Source: an uncultured Verrucomicrobiae bacterium
GTDB lineage: Bacteria; Verrucomicrobiota; Verrucomicrobiia; Chthoniobacterales; UBA10450
Assembly (NCBI GenBank): GCA_963801815.1
Contig: CAWDGJ010000003.1
Coordinates: 832,001-896,000, forward strand
Reading direction: 5' to 3'
DNA length: 64,000 nt
The position numbers and the translations under genes are program-made. Positions 33,832 through 45,203 of this stretch are shown here, piece by piece; position 1 is the stretch's first letter, and every line of letters begins with the position of its first letter. The notes below the pieces were generated by a model. That model saw only the letters and a program-made list of their open reading frames with translations. It was not told where the DNA came from and did no database searches.

Positions 33832-35699
33832 CGCAGCTTCCGCTTCGCGTGGTCTTTGTGGGTCACGTCGATCATGGGAAATCGACCCTGATCGGCCGGA
33901 TTTTGCACGACACCGACTCGTTGCCCGAAGGCAAGATCGAGATGGTAAAGAAAGCGTGCGCGGCCGAAGGCATGGAGTTTGAATTTGCTTTCGTGCTCGA
34001 CGCGCTCTTGGAAGAGCAAGAACAGAACATCACCATCGACACGACCGAGATCCGATTCAAAACCAATCGGCGCCAATACATCATTATCGACGCGCCCGGT
34101 CACAAAGAGTTTTTGAAGAACATGATCACCGGGGCGTCGCGCGCGGACGCGGCTGTGCTTGTTATCGCGGCAAACGAGGGCGTGCGGGAACAAAGCCGGC
34201 GTCACGCCTATCTGCTGAGTCTGCTAGGAATCAAACAATTGATCGTGGTCGTGAATAAAATGGACCTCGCCGATTTTTCCGAAGAGCGATTTAGCGAGAT
34301 CGAGAAGCAGTATCAAAAATTTCTAGGCGATCTCGGGCTCGAAGCGCGGGTGTTTGTTCCAGCGGCTGCCAAAAGCGGCGAAAACGTGGCGAGCCGAAGC
34401 AAAAAGATGAAATGGCATCGCGGACCGACAGTTCTGGAAGGGTTAGACCTGTTGGAACCGCAAAGTGCCGACGTCGATTTGCCCTTACGATTTTGCGTCC
34501 AGGATGTTTATCGATTCGATGAGCGCCGCATCATCGCAGGCCGGATCGAAACCGGAAAGCTGAGGGTGGGGGATGAATTGGTTTTTTCCCCTGCGAACAA
34601 GACGTCGAAAGTTCACTCGATTGAAGAATGGGGAGCCGGCAGTGACAGCGAAGCCATAGCCGGTGATTCGATTGGGATCACCTTGACCGAACAAATTTTT
34701 GTCGAGCGCGGTTACGTCGGCTCGCATCAAAGTGAGACCCCAATCGAGGCGAACCGTGTTCACGCGGACGTTTTCTGGATCGTGCGCGATCCAATGCGAG
34801 TTGGTCATCTCTACGACCTGCGACTGGCAACGCAGGAAGTGAAATGCGAAATCGCGTCAATCGATCAGGTGATGGATTCGGCAACTCTGGAAACGACAAA
34901 CGACAAGCGCGATCGTCTCGAGCGGAATGAAGTCGGGCGGCTGACGATTCAAACACGGGCGCCCCTAGTGATCGATAACCACGATCGAATCCCGAACCTC
35001 GGGCGATTTGTGATTGTTGATGATGGCCAGATTTGCGGCGGCGGCACAATCTTCGGCGGTGTTTACACCGATCGCACCGTCGCCAAGAGCAAAAATATTT
35101 TCTGGGTTGAAGGCAAAGTCACCGCGCACGATCGCGCTGCGCGGACAGGTCATCGCGGCGCGGTCGTGTGGTTTACCGGTTTATCGGGCGCGGGAAAATC
35201 GACGATCGCTCAGGCGTTGGAACGTGAGTTGTTCGCGCGGGGAATGCGCACCTACGTGCTCGACGGGGACAACATTCGGCATGGGTTGAATTCGAACCTG
35301 GGATTTTCGCCAGAAGACCGGGTGGAAAATATTCGGCGCGTCAGCGAGGTGGCAAAATTGATGGCGGACTCAGGCGTAATCGCAATCACTGCGTTCATTT
35401 CGCCTTATCGGATGGATCGACGCCGGGCGCGAGAGATCGCGCTCGAGGGCAGCGCCGAATTCGTGGAAGTGTTTGTCGACGCGCCGCTGGAAGTTTGCGA
35501 AGCCCGCGATCCGAAGAATCTGTACAAGAAAGCGCGGGCCGGGGAAATTCGTGAATTCACCGGGATCGATGCGCCGTACGAACCTCCGGAAGATGTGGAG
35601 ATCGTTGTTCACACGGATCAGCAGACCGTCAACGAATCGGTGGCAGTAATCCTGGAAGGGCTCCTTCCGCGATTAAAGCCGGAACAAATCGATGGCTGA
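33783..35699 (+). CDS. cysNC: bifunctional sulfate adenylyltransferase subunit 1 / adenylylsulfate kinase
   Basis: [14 protein letters not shown] and NKMD GTPase motifs; C-terminal [12 protein letters not shown] and [10 protein letters not shown]. Confidence 0.95.
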   Translation: MKTKDSPVSGIRSPVSAQLPLRVVFVGHVDHGKSTLIGRILHDTDSLPEGKIEMVKKACAAEGMEFEFAFVLDALLEEQEQNITIDTTEIRFKTNRRQYIIIDAPGHKEFLKNMITGASRADAAVLVIAANEGVREQSRRHAYLLSLLGIKQLIVVVNKMDLADFSEERFSEIEKQYQKFLGDLGLEARVFVPAAAKSGENVASRSKKMKWHRGPTVLEGLDLLEPQSADVDLPLRFCVQDVYRFDERRIIAGRIETGKLRVGDELVFSPANKTSKVHSIEEWGAGSDSEAIAGDSIGITLTEQIFVERGYVGSHQSETPIEANRVHADVFWIVRDPMRVGHLYDLRLATQEVKCEIASIDQVMDSATLETTNDKRDRLERNEVGRLTIQTRAPLVIDNHDRIPNLGRFVIVDDGQICGGGTIFGGVYTDRTVAKSKNIFWVEGKVTAHDRAARTGHRGAVVWFTGLSGAGKSTIAQALERELFARGMRTYVLDGDNIRHGLNSNLGFSPEDRVENIRRVSEVAKLMADSGVIAITAFISPYRMDRRRAREIALEGSAEFVEVFVDAPLEVCEARDPKNLYKKARAGEIREFTGIDAPYEPPEDVEIVVHTDQQTVNESVAVILEGLLPRLKPEQIDG

Positions 35700-36153
35700 G
35701 GCAAAAGAGGCCGATCTTGCGGTTCGACGTGCCGAAGTCGGCGACGCTGCCGCCTTGGCCGATTTAATGACACAATTGGGATATCCGACGCGCACGTCGG
35801 AGATGGAGATGCGGATGGAAGGCATTAGGGCGGACAAAAACTACGCGACCTTTGTCGCGGTAAGCGGAGGAAAAGTTTGCGGAATGATTGGGACTCGCAC
35901 GAGTTACAGCTACGAGCATAATAGTCCGGGCGCTGCCATCCTCGCGTTGGTTGTTTCAGATAAGATGCGCGGTCGCGGCGTCGGCCGAGCGTTGATGACG
36001 GCAATGGAACACGATCTCGCGCAAAAGAACATCAGACGGGTCGCAGTTTACACCCATTTTCGCCGCACCGACGCGCACGAGTTTTATGAAAAGGTCGGCT
36101 ATACAAAGAACGGTTTCCGATTGATAAAAGAGCTGCCAATGCCGGCAGATTAG
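35692..36153 (+). CDS. GNAT family N-acetyltransferase
   Basis: [17 protein letters not shown] and [10 protein letters not shown] motifs. Confidence 0.9.
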   Translation: MAEAKEADLAVRRAEVGDAAALADLMTQLGYPTRTSEMEMRMEGIRADKNYATFVAVSGGKVCGMIGTRTSYSYEHNSPGAAILALVVSDKMRGRGVGRALMTAMEHDLAQKNIRRVAVYTHFRRTDAHEFYEKVGYTKNGFRLIKELPMPAD

Positions 36154-36186
36154 GTCCGACTGATAACTCTTCGAGCCAAACTGCGA

Positions 36187-39100
36187 CTAACCAGCCGCCT
36201 GCGTGGGAAAATTCAGGCTGACAACGTTTACGTGGCTCGATTCGATCACATCGTGAACGATCTTGCCGAGCTCGGCGGCTTCGTAAGGTTTGGCGATCAC
36301 GCCGCGGAACCCGAAATCCTGATACCGGCTCATGGTCGCGTCAGTGGCATAGCCGCTCGAGACGATCGCGTTCACGGTCGGATCGATTTCGATCAATTTC
36401 TTGAGAGCTTCCTTTCCGCCCATGCCGCCGGGAAGGGTTAGATCGAGAATAACCAGATCGAATCGCTTGCCGGTCCTGAGATTCTCCTGATACATCTCCA
36501 CGCCTTGGAGCGCGGTCGCGGCCTGCGAAACTTCATAGCCGAGTCGCGTGAGCGTGAATTCAACGAGATCGCGAATTGCGTCTTCGTCATCGACAATCAG
36601 GACGCGGCCACTCCCGGATATTTCGGGCGTCAGCTTTCGTGGAGCTTCGACCACTGATTCCTCGTGCTGGACGGCCGCGGCCGGTAGATAAATCGTGAAG
36701 GTAGTGCCGACGTGCACTTGCGATTCGACCGTCATAAGGCCGTTGTGATTCTTGATGATCGAATAAGAAGTCGTCAATCCGAGTCCGTTGCCTTTGGGTT
36801 TGGTCGTGAAGTAGGGATCGAAAATCCGCTTCACGTATTTCTCCGGAATGCCTACGCCTTCGTCGCGGATGCGGACGCGGACGTAATCTCCGGGAGCCAG
36901 ATCGGGAATGACAACGTCGTTGGTGTCGTAGCAGAAATTCTCGCAGCTAACGTAGAGCGTGCCGCCATTCGGCATCGCCTGGTCGGCGTTGACCACAAGG
37001 TTTGCAATGACCTGGCTGATCTGACCGGCGTCGATTTCCGCCTGCGCTACATCCGTGCCAAAATCGAATTCACTGCGATTGCGGCTGCCCCGAAGCGAGA
37101 AACTGACCGTATCCTGAATCAGTTTCGCGATCGACGCGGTCTTCTTAATCGGTGCGCCGCCACGAGCGAAGGTGAGAAGCTGTTGGGCGAGGTCGCGGGC
37201 GCGCATCGAGGCGTTCTTGGCATCGTCGAGACGCGTTGCCATTTCGTCGTCCGGAGGAAGAAGCAACGAAGCGACGGAAATGTTTCCGATAATGGCGGTG
37301 AGAAGATTGTTGAAGTCGTGGGCAATGCCGCCGGCGAGTAAGCCCAATTGCTCCAGCGTTTCGGCTTTCCGCCGCTCTGCCTCGCTGCGCTGGCGCTCGG
37401 TGATATCGCGGAACACCAGAACCACCCCCCCAATTTCGTTTTTGTTGTCTCGAATTGGCGAGGCGACCTGCTCGATGACGCGCTCGATGCCGTCCTTGGA
37501 CGTAAGCGTAACCGTCTCAGGAAGGTTAACCAAAATGGACTGGGCTTCGCTTCGATAACCGCTCTTTTGTGTCTTGGCCTGGGTGGCAAGATCGACCGTA
37601 ACATCGAAAACAGATTTGAGCGGCTGACCATTGGCTTCCTTGTAAGTGCAACCGGTCAGCTTCTCCGCTTCGCTGTTCATCATTATGACTCTGCCGTTGA
37701 CATCGCAGGTGATAACTCCGTCACCGATGGCGCGGAGGGTGACAGCGAGACTTTCCTTTTCAGCATCAATTTGCTGCTCGAACCGTTTTCGCTCGGTGAC
37801 GTCGCGGACCATCGCCACGTAAAGCCGCTGTTGATCAACAAGCATTTCGCTCAAAGAGATCTCGACTGGAAAGGTGATGTTCTTGCGAGTGCGCCCGAGA
37901 GCGAGAGTGGTGCCACCGGCTCGTCTCAGAATTTCGGTCCAATTGCTGGCGATGGGCTTGGCGTCGTGCTCGCTCTCATAAAGTTTTGGAACCAAACGGG
38001 TGAAGGTATGCCCGATCATTTCGTTATCGCGGCATCCAAACATCTTTTCGGCCGCGGGATTCATTGACCGGATGACCCCGTTTTCTTCAACCGCGATCAT
38101 GCCATCGAGAATGTTCTGGATGACGGAACGGATGTGAGTTTCCGCGCTTTCAAGTTTTGTTAACTGCCGCCGAACAAAGACGAAGCTGTAACTGTTCGAG
38201 ACGACGAGCAATCCGATCGCGAGGACTGCAACAAAGGCCAGCGCTGACGTTCGCCAGATTCGCTGTTGCGTGACAGAATTTATTCGCAGCTCATAAAGAT
38301 TGAGCTCTTTGGCCTCGAAATCGGTCAGCATTTGGCGAACGTCCGTCATTAGCGTTTCGCCGGCGGCAACTGGAGCAACCGTCTCGGGATCTTTGCCTGC
38401 ACGTTTGGCGTCGAGCGCCGGTGCAGCGAAGGTATTGATCCACCGTTCCACGCCCGCCCGGATGTCGGCCAGGAGTTGGGCCTGGGCCGGCGAGTTCGCG
38501 ATCAGGATCGAGAGATAGCCGTTGTAGGTGTAAAAGTCACCGAGCGCTCGTTTATAGGCCTCGGCAAAACTGCTGTCTCCGGTCAGCAAGAAGCCGCGCT
38601 TTTCTTTTTCCATCTCGATAACGGCTCGGTCAAGCTTGGGCAGAAAATTGAGGATTTGTGCCGACTGGGTGGCCCATTCCTGCTCGTGCATTCGCTGATT
38701 GAGCGCTATCTGCTCCTCGTCTTCCAGCGATTGGAGAATGTCGCGTGCTTCGTTAAGCAGGGAATTGCCCAGTCCAGAAGCGCCGCTGCCGGTTGCTTCA
38801 CTTTCTAATTGGGCGGGCGTCTTACCGCGGCGTGTCTTGATTTCCGGGACAGCAACGGTTGTGAGCCATTTTTGGACGACGTTCAGCACCTCCATGACGC
38901 GCTTGCGCTCTCTCGGCGCGTCCCCAATCAGCTCCGTCAGCTGCTCGGTCCGTTGTTTGATCAACTCCCGCTTAGCGTCGAACACGGTGAGGTATTCTTC
39001 CCGGCCAGTCAGCAAAAATCCTCGATGATTGCTTTCGAGGCTGGCTACGTCATTTTCGATCAAGCTGCTCAATCGAATAACGGAAATTGTGTGGCTGCGA

Positions 39101-39318
39101 AGCGCGTCCTGATAATGATCGCGGAGGCTGAGGAATAGGAAAACGCCGACCAGGAAAATGATAACGATGACGCCAACGGTGGTACCAGAAAGGAGTTTAA
39201 AGTGAAAATACCGCTGGCTAAATAGCCAGCCACCAATGCGACCAAAGAGCGAGCGTCGCGATTTTTTTAGACGAGCTGGTGTTGCGCGGTTGACGCGCTT
39301 GTTTACCATAATTCCCAT
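36187..39318 (-). CDS. hybrid sensor histidine kinase (2x CHASE3, 2x PAS, HisKA, HATPase, REC)
   Basis: Two RGFLLTG CHASE3 motifs, PAS motifs (NPAAEKMFG; NSEAEKLTG), H-box AHDFNNLL, FTTKPKGNGLGL and a C-terminal receiver. Confidence 0.92.
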   Translation of the reverse strand: MGIMVNKRVNRATPARLKKSRRSLFGRIGGWLFSQRYFHFKLLSGTTVGVIVIIFLVGVFLFLSLRDHYQDALRSHTISVIRLSSLIENDVASLESNHRGFLLTGREEYLTVFDAKRELIKQRTEQLTELIGDAPRERKRVMEVLNVVQKWLTTVAVPEIKTRRGKTPAQLESEATGSGASGLGNSLLNEARDILQSLEDEEQIALNQRMHEQEWATQSAQILNFLPKLDRAVIEMEKEKRGFLLTGDSSFAEAYKRALGDFYTYNGYLSILIANSPAQAQLLADIRAGVERWINTFAAPALDAKRAGKDPETVAPVAAGETLMTDVRQMLTDFEAKELNLYELRINSVTQQRIWRTSALAFVAVLAIGLLVVSNSYSFVFVRRQLTKLESAETHIRSVIQNILDGMIAVEENGVIRSMNPAAEKMFGCRDNEMIGHTFTRLVPKLYESEHDAKPIASNWTEILRRAGGTTLALGRTRKNITFPVEISLSEMLVDQQRLYVAMVRDVTERKRFEQQIDAEKESLAVTLRAIGDGVITCDVNGRVIMMNSEAEKLTGCTYKEANGQPLKSVFDVTVDLATQAKTQKSGYRSEAQSILVNLPETVTLTSKDGIERVIEQVASPIRDNKNEIGGVVLVFRDITERQRSEAERRKAETLEQLGLLAGGIAHDFNNLLTAIIGNISVASLLLPPDDEMATRLDDAKNASMRARDLAQQLLTFARGGAPIKKTASIAKLIQDTVSFSLRGSRNRSEFDFGTDVAQAEIDAGQISQVIANLVVNADQAMPNGGTLYVSCENFCYDTNDVVIPDLAPGDYVRVRIRDEGVGIPEKYVKRIFDPYFTTKPKGNGLGLTTSYSIIKNHNGLMTVESQVHVGTTFTIYLPAAAVQHEESVVEAPRKLTPEISGSGRVLIVDDEDAIRDLVEFTLTRLGYEVSQAATALQGVEMYQENLRTGKRFDLVILDLTLPGGMGGKEALKKLIEIDPTVNAIVSSGYATDATMSRYQDFGFRGVIAKPYEAAELGKIVHDVIESSHVNVVSLNFPTQAAG

Positions 39319-39373
39319 AGAGCAGCCCGTCTGCCAGCTCGACTCCCGCGTGGCCGTTCGGCGCCGCCCTAGC

Positions 39374-40138
39374 TCAAAGCAGGGTCAGTACCCACACTCT
39401 CACCAAGTACAAACCGCCGGCCGGTGCCACAAAACGGGACGCCCCCGCCCGGCCCAACTTCAACTGACTAACGACTTCGCTTTGATCTGTTTGCCCAAGT
39501 CCGACTCGAACCATGGTCCCCACCATCAGTCGAGCCATCTTGTAAAGAAAACCCTCGCCATCGATCTCGATATTCACAACGAACCCGCGTTTTCCCACTC
39601 GAACGGATCGAATCGTGCGAACAGTGTCTTCGTCCTTTTTGCCGCGATTCGCGGCGAACCCGCCAAAGTCATGTCTCCCAACAAATACTTGTCCGGTTGC
39701 TTTGAGAAGATCGACGTTTAGCGGAACTGAAATGTGCCACGCGCGATGGAGTTCGAGCGGAGGCAGGATCGGTCCAGTCCAAATCCGGTAGCGATACGTT
39801 TTTCCTTTTGCAGAAAAGCGCGCATGAAAATTGGACGAAACATAGGAACAGCGGAGCACGCGAATCGTGGGCGGAAGAACCCCGTTGAGCGCATTTCTCC
39901 AGCTCAGGTTTGAGATTCTCCGATTTGGCAAGTCAACATGAGCGCATTGGGCGAGAGCATGCACACCGGCATCAGTGCGCCCGGCTCCATGGACTCGGAC
40001 GCGATGTCCGCTGATCTTGTGAAAGCTGCGTTCCAGTTCGTCCTGAACGGTGTTGCGATGGGCTTGGCTCTGCCAACCCGCGAACGCGCTGCCATCGTAT
40101 GCAACGGTTAGTCTGAGCCGCTGCGACATCGCGGTCAC
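39374..40138 (-). CDS. truA: tRNA pseudouridine(38-40) synthase
   Basis: AYDGSAFAGWQ, GAGRTDAGVHA and FHARFSA motifs. Confidence 0.96.
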   Translation of the reverse strand: MTAMSQRLRLTVAYDGSAFAGWQSQAHRNTVQDELERSFHKISGHRVRVHGAGRTDAGVHALAQCAHVDLPNRRISNLSWRNALNGVLPPTIRVLRCSYVSSNFHARFSAKGKTYRYRIWTGPILPPLELHRAWHISVPLNVDLLKATGQVFVGRHDFGGFAANRGKKDEDTVRTIRSVRVGKRGFVVNIEIDGEGFLYKMARLMVGTMVRVGLGQTDQSEVVSQLKLGRAGASRFVAPAGGLYLVRVWVLTLL

Positions 40139-40572
40139 GTTTCACTCTCGGTTGTTGAAACGGTACCGCCCTCACGGTCGAGATAGCTTTGCAAAATCAT
40201 TTGCGCCGCAACCTGATCGACCACGTGACGTGTTTTGTGTGTCTTCCGGCCCGCATCGCGCAACGCGCGCTCTGCCGCAACAGTCGTCAATCGCTCATCC
40301 CAAGTCTCGACCGAACACGGAAGCTGCGCTCTCAGTCCATTTGCAAACTCGAGGGCAGCGTTGGCGGCGGCCCCGGCTTCTCCGCTCATGTGGCGCGGAA
40401 TTCCGACGACAACCATCTCGACTTTTCGATCGCGCACAATTTGCGCAATTTTCTTCACCGGACTTCTGTTAGCCGGAATAGTTTGCAGCGGATGCGCCAG
40501 GAATCGCAGTTCGTCAGAAATTGCCAATCCAATTCGCACTTGTCCAAAATCAATCCCCAGAATCGGATTCAT
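40135..40572 (-). CDS. ruvX: Holliday junction resolvase-like / pre-16S rRNA nuclease YqgF
   Basis: ILGIDFGQVRIGLAISD, WDERLTT and VDQVAAQMILQ motifs. Confidence 0.93.
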   Translation of the reverse strand: MNPILGIDFGQVRIGLAISDELRFLAHPLQTIPANRSPVKKIAQIVRDRKVEMVVVGIPRHMSGEAGAAANAALEFANGLRAQLPCSVETWDERLTTVAAERALRDAGRKTHKTRHVVDQVAAQMILQSYLDREGGTVSTTESET

Positions 40573-40593
40573 TTGTGCCGGTCCGGCTCAGGC

Positions 40594-41664
40594 CTACTGG
40601 AGCTCCGGAGGCAGCTTCGCGACCAGGTTCTTGATTCGTTCTGCCTGATGACGATGACAAATGAGAATTGCATCGCCTGTTCGGACAACGATCAGGTTAT
40701 GAACTCCGAGCAATGCAATCGTCGTCTTACCGTCATTGAAGACAATATTGTCACTTGCGTCGAGGGCGGTCAGAGCGCGATTGGCGATGTTGCCGTGCTC
40801 ATCTTTCTTGAAATAACGCGCGACCGCTTGCCAGCTTCCGACATCGTCCCAATCAAAGCTCGCCTCCACAACTAAAACGCGGTCGGCTTTTTCCATGATC
40901 GCGTAATCGAATGAAATTCGCGGAAGCTTGACGAATTGCTCACGTAGAATCTTGTCCAGGTCCTTTGGCGATCGCACTTGAGAAATAAAATCGGCAAGCT
41001 CGGGTGCGTGCCGATTAAACTCGCTCAAGACCGTCGGCACCGACCAGACAAACATTCCTGCGTTCCAGCGGAAGTTTCCTTTTCTCAGAAAAGACTCGGC
41101 AAGATCGGCGTTCGGTTTCTCTCGAAAACGAACAACCCGATGGACCGCAATCTTACCGTTCTCACGCAATCGCACCGGTTCGCCCTGCTCGACGTAGCCA
41201 AAACCTGGGCACGCCCAAGTCGGCTTGATCCCGATGGTGACAAGCGCACCAGTTTCACTCGCGGCAGCAGCGGCGGTCTTCATCGTTTCTTGAAACGCCT
41301 CGCGATCTGCGATGACGTGATCGGCAGGGAGCGCCAGCATCGTGGCCGAGTGATCTCGCGCTGCGACCCACCCGGCGCCCAGCGCAACCGCGGCGGCGGT
41401 ATCTCGCTTCGCCGGCTCGGCGATGATATTCTGCTGCGGAAATTTCTTCAGTAAATCGCGAACCGCTTTTTCCTGCTCGACGTTAGTCAGGACCAAAATG
41501 CGATCCGGCGGGACAAGACCATCAAGGCGGGCAACCGTTTCTTCGAGGAGCGTCCGCTTGGAAACAAGGCGAAGTAATTGCTTTGGGCGGTTGCGGCGGC
41601 TCAGCGGCCAGAAGCGTTCGCCGCTCCCGCCGGCCAAAATTAGGGCATAAATTGAATTAGCCAT
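40594..41664 (-). CDS. manC: mannose-1-phosphate guanylyltransferase
   Basis: ILAGGSGERFWPLSR, FREKP, WNAGMF and WDDVGSW motifs. Confidence 0.93.
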   Translation of the reverse strand: MANSIYALILAGGSGERFWPLSRRNRPKQLLRLVSKRTLLEETVARLDGLVPPDRILVLTNVEQEKAVRDLLKKFPQQNIIAEPAKRDTAAAVALGAGWVAARDHSATMLALPADHVIADREAFQETMKTAAAAASETGALVTIGIKPTWACPGFGYVEQGEPVRLRENGKIAVHRVVRFREKPNADLAESFLRKGNFRWNAGMFVWSVPTVLSEFNRHAPELADFISQVRSPKDLDKILREQFVKLPRISFDYAIMEKADRVLVVEASFDWDDVGSWQAVARYFKKDEHGNIANRALTALDASDNIVFNDGKTTIALLGVHNLIVVRTGDAILICHRHQAERIKNLVAKLPPELQ

Positions 41665-41750
41665 GTCGAAAACTGCCAATAGCTAAGATCACGCGAGCGC
41701 GAAGATTTTTCCCGTTTATTTTTCGCGAACGAGACGTATAACAGTAGCCG

Positions 41751-42053
41751 ATGTCACTCTCCGTATCCATTCCAAAAACTTCCGAACAGGTTCCGCTCGA
41801 GAATTTGCTGGCGTTAACGCGGACAGCATTCGGGCTCGGCATCGGCATGCTGGTCGCTGATAAGATCAAACGTCCGACACGACAGACCGCGGCGATCGCG
41901 CTCATGTCCGTCGGTGCATTGGCCGCCGTACCTTTTCTCGTCAAAGTCGCCCTGGAGCGGATCAACCGGCCCGAATCAGAGCGGGGCAGCCGCGCAAGGC
42001 TTCGTTCGATTCGAAGTGACTCCGGCTATCGTTCTGAAGTCGACGTCTATTGA
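41751..42053 (+). CDS. small hypothetical membrane protein
   Basis: 100 aa ORF with two hydrophobic segments, filling an intergenic gap. Confidence 0.7.
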   Translation: MSLSVSIPKTSEQVPLENLLALTRTAFGLGIGMLVADKIKRPTRQTAAIALMSVGALAAVPFLVKVALERINRPESERGSRARLRSIRSDSGYRSEVDVY

Positions 42054-42148
42054 TGGGGCGGTGCAACCCCGCCGCCCGCGGGCGACTGTGGTCAATCGCC
42101 GCTACCTCGCTTGATTCGGTCAGCATCGCGGATTAAGCCTCTTCGCAC

Positions 42149-43780
42149 ATGGCCCGGATATCGACATCTTCTGGCGAACCGCTGCGAGAGTTTTGCCGTG
42201 AGATTCTGAAGCAGGAGGCAATCCTTCGCCAGGGCGGCGGAAAGGCTGGGCTCGAACGGCAACGCAAGCTTGGTCGCTTGCCCGCGCGGGAGCGAATATC
42301 GCAGCTTCTTGATAAAGACGCGCAATTTTTGGAGATCGGACTTTGGGCCGCCTACAAGATGTATCAAGAGTGGGGGAACATCGTAGCTGCTGGGACGGTC
42401 GCGGGCATAGGTCCCGTTTGTGGCGTTCCGTGCATGATCATTGCCAATGACGCGACGGTGAAGGCAGGTGCGTTCTTTCCAGCGACGTGCAAAAAACTTC
42501 TGCGCGCGCAGCGGATCGCGTTCGAATGCTCCTTGCCGATTATCTATCTCGTCGACTCCGCTGGTGTTTTCTTGCCAATGCAGGATGAGATTTTTCCCGA
42601 TGAAGACGATTTCGGTCGCATCTTCCGCAATAACTCAGTGATTTCCGCCGCTGGAATCCCACAGTTCGCAGCGATTATGGGTAACTGCGTGGCTGGCGGC
42701 GCGTATTTGCCGGTTCTCTGCGATAAAATCCTCATGACTGAAGGCAGCGGCCTTTATCTGGCGGGTCCGTCGCTGGTCAAAGCCGCCATCGGACAAATTG
42801 TCGATCAAGAAGAACTCGGCGGCGCCAAAATGCACTCCGAGGTCAGTGGAACAGTCGATTTCTACGAAAAGACCGATGAGTCTTGTCTGAAGAGGTTGCG
42901 CTCCCTCGTTTCCTTGTTGCCCGAAGCGGCTGGTTCTGGCGTGACGAAGAACGACACCAAGGCGCTAAAACCTGCGAAGAGTCCGGACTCGCTCTACGAC
43001 CTAATCAGTCTCGACGGCCAGAAAAACTACGATGCGCGTGATTTGCTGGCGGCAGTGGTCGACGCCGATTCGCTCGACGAATACAAGGCGGATTACGGCA
43101 AAACGTTAATCACGACTTATGCGCGGATCGGCGGTCGTGCGGTTGGAATTATTGCCAGCCAGCGCTTGCAGGTGCGGACCAAAAAAGAAGGCATTCAAAT
43201 GGGCGGCGTGATTTATTCGGATAGCGCCGACAAAGCCGCGCGCTTCGTGATGGATTGTAATCAAGACGGATTGCCCATTATCTTTTTTCAGGATGTGACT
43301 GGATTCATGGTCGGGCGCGATGCCGAACAAAGCGGAATCATTCGCAGCGGTGCCAAGCTCGTGAACGCGGTCAGCAATTCGGTCGTACCAAAAATCACAG
43401 TCGTGGTTGGCGGTTCTTTCGGCGCCGGTAACTATGCCCTCTGTGGCAAAGCCTATGATCCTCGCTTCATATTAGCGTGGCCAAACGCCCGCTATGCCGT
43501 GATGGGTGCAGCGCAAGCGTCCGACACGGTCTTTTCAATTCTCGCACGCGCACGGGATCGCGGTGACAAAAAAGCGTCCCACGAAGAGTTGGAGGAGCTG
43601 CGCAAGAAAGTGAAAGGGAGCTACGAGGAGCAAACCGATATTCGTTACGGCGCTGCCCGCGGGTGGGTTGATGCGATCATTCAACCCGACGAAACGCGCG
43701 GCGTTTTGGTTCAATTGCTTCAGTACGTGTCTCGCCCAATGCCGAAGGCGCGTTTCCACACCGGCGTGATCCAGGTGTGA
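42149..43780 (+). CDS. acyl-CoA carboxylase carboxyltransferase beta subunit (methylcrotonyl-CoA carboxylase-like)
   Basis: ANDATVKAGA, YLVDSAG, GNCVAGGAY and GSFGAGNY motifs. Confidence 0.93.
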   Translation: MARISTSSGEPLREFCREILKQEAILRQGGGKAGLERQRKLGRLPARERISQLLDKDAQFLEIGLWAAYKMYQEWGNIVAAGTVAGIGPVCGVPCMIIANDATVKAGAFFPATCKKLLRAQRIAFECSLPIIYLVDSAGVFLPMQDEIFPDEDDFGRIFRNNSVISAAGIPQFAAIMGNCVAGGAYLPVLCDKILMTEGSGLYLAGPSLVKAAIGQIVDQEELGGAKMHSEVSGTVDFYEKTDESCLKRLRSLVSLLPEAAGSGVTKNDTKALKPAKSPDSLYDLISLDGQKNYDARDLLAAVVDADSLDEYKADYGKTLITTYARIGGRAVGIIASQRLQVRTKKEGIQMGGVIYSDSADKAARFVMDCNQDGLPIIFFQDVTGFMVGRDAEQSGIIRSGAKLVNAVSNSVVPKITVVVGGSFGAGNYALCGKAYDPRFILAWPNARYAVMGAAQASDTVFSILARARDRGDKKASHEELEELRKKVKGSYEEQTDIRYGAARGWVDAIIQPDETRGVLVQLLQYVSRPMPKARFHTGVIQV

Positions 43781-43783
43781 CTC

Positions 43784-43811
43784 ATTTAACGAGTCAGTGA
43801 ATTAACGAATT
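43784..43811. repeat. solo short tandem array (ttaacga-like) before the start codon
   Basis: atttaacgagtcagtgaattaacgaatt; same unit as the arrays at 46089 and 61515. Confidence 0.5.
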
Positions 43812-44585
43812 ATGGAACCGATGCCAGTCCTTCTGATCGACAAATCGAGCCCGCAAATAACGATTGCAACGCTGAATCGTCCCGAGAGACGCAACTCGTT
43901 AACGATTGAGCTGTTGGATGAACTGATTTCTGCAATCGACGTCGCGTCGAATCAACCAGAATCACGGGTGCTGATTTTGCGCGGCGCGGGAGCGGCGTTT
44001 TGCACAGGTCTCGATTTGAAAGAGGCGGCTGATCAAACGAAAGCACACGCGACTGCGGAGATGGTCGCGAAAGCTTTGATCACCATCGCCGAGACGCGAC
44101 TCATTACGATCGCGGCGGTCCATGGCGCAGCAGTAGCGGGTGGCGCCGGTATCATGTCGGCCTGCGATTACGTTGTCGCCGCCGAAAAGACGAAGATCGG
44201 CTATCCGGAAGTGCGTCGCGGACTTGTTGCTGGATTAGTGATGACTTTCTTGCGGCGGCAAGTGGGCGAGCGGAACCTGCGCGAACTCGTCCTCGGCGGC
44301 GAGCTGATTGAGGCGGAACGCGCCCACCAGATTGGTTTAGTTAATCGAATTGTGCCGCGTGACGAGCTGATGGATGCAGCGCAGAAGTTCGCCGATTCTG
44401 TTTTGCAAGGCGCACCGAATGCGCTCGCAAACACCAAGAAACTGATTGAAGAACTTTGGCCGACGTCGGTGAAAGACGATGTCGATCTTGCGTTAAAGCA
44501 TCACATGCAAGCGCGTGAGTCCGAAGAAGCACGCGAAGGCATCGCGGCGTTCAACGAAAAGCGTAAACCGAACTGGGCGAGGTGA
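43812..44585 (+). CDS. enoyl-CoA hydratase/isomerase (methylglutaconyl-CoA hydratase-like)
   Basis: LNRPERRNSL, FCTGLDL, VHGAAVAGGAG and PEVRRGL motifs. Confidence 0.92.
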   Translation: MEPMPVLLIDKSSPQITIATLNRPERRNSLTIELLDELISAIDVASNQPESRVLILRGAGAAFCTGLDLKEAADQTKAHATAEMVAKALITIAETRLITIAAVHGAAVAGGAGIMSACDYVVAAEKTKIGYPEVRRGLVAGLVMTFLRRQVGERNLRELVLGGELIEAERAHQIGLVNRIVPRDELMDAAQKFADSVLQGAPNALANTKKLIEELWPTSVKDDVDLALKHHMQARESEEAREGIAAFNEKRKPNWAR

Positions 44586-44592
44586 TACCAGG

Positions 44593-45021
44593 CTACGCCG
44601 GTCGTGCTGTGCCTTGGTATTGGGCGCTCCCAAAGCCAAGGATTGGATAGAAAATAAAAGGCAAAAAGACTAATCCAAGCGCGAAGCCAACGCCTTTGCC
44701 GAATGCTTTGGCAACGTCGATGCAAAGGATGATGATGATGATGAAGTTCACCAGCGGGATGAACATTAGAATCAGCCACCAACCTGGGCGTCCTGCGACT
44801 TTGCAGAAAAAATAAAGATTCAAAATCGGGATAATCGCCGCCCAACCCGGTTGTCCAGCTTTGCTGAACATCTTCCACCAAGCGGCGATCATTAGGACCA
44901 TAACGATCGTCCAGCAGATCCAAAAAGCAGGACCCGGCGGATTGCCCGACCTGGAGTACGAGTAATCGAAGCTCGCTTGGGCGAAGAACAAACACGGCAC
45001 GAAGTTAATCAGGGATATCAT
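44593..45021 (-). CDS. DUF5684-like membrane protein
   Basis: WKMFSKAGQPGWAAIIP...AKAFGKGVGFALGL pattern. Confidence 0.8.
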   Translation of the reverse strand: MISLINFVPCLFFAQASFDYSYSRSGNPPGPAFWICWTIVMVLMIAAWWKMFSKAGQPGWAAIIPILNLYFFCKVAGRPGWWLILMFIPLVNFIIIIILCIDVAKAFGKGVGFALGLVFLPFIFYPILGFGSAQYQGTARPA

Positions 45022-45203
45022 AGCGTTAAAACTTTGAAAGATGCAGGGTTAGCGTGCTGGCCTGAACTGAGCAAGAACAAATCTGTCGCGATCGAAGATT
45101 AAGAAAATCAAGGAATTGGCCGGGGCGAAGACGGACAGGGCGTTGGCAAATGGGCCGGACGAGATCGAAGTCAATCCCACCGCAGTGAGACCTCTCGAGT
45201 ACT

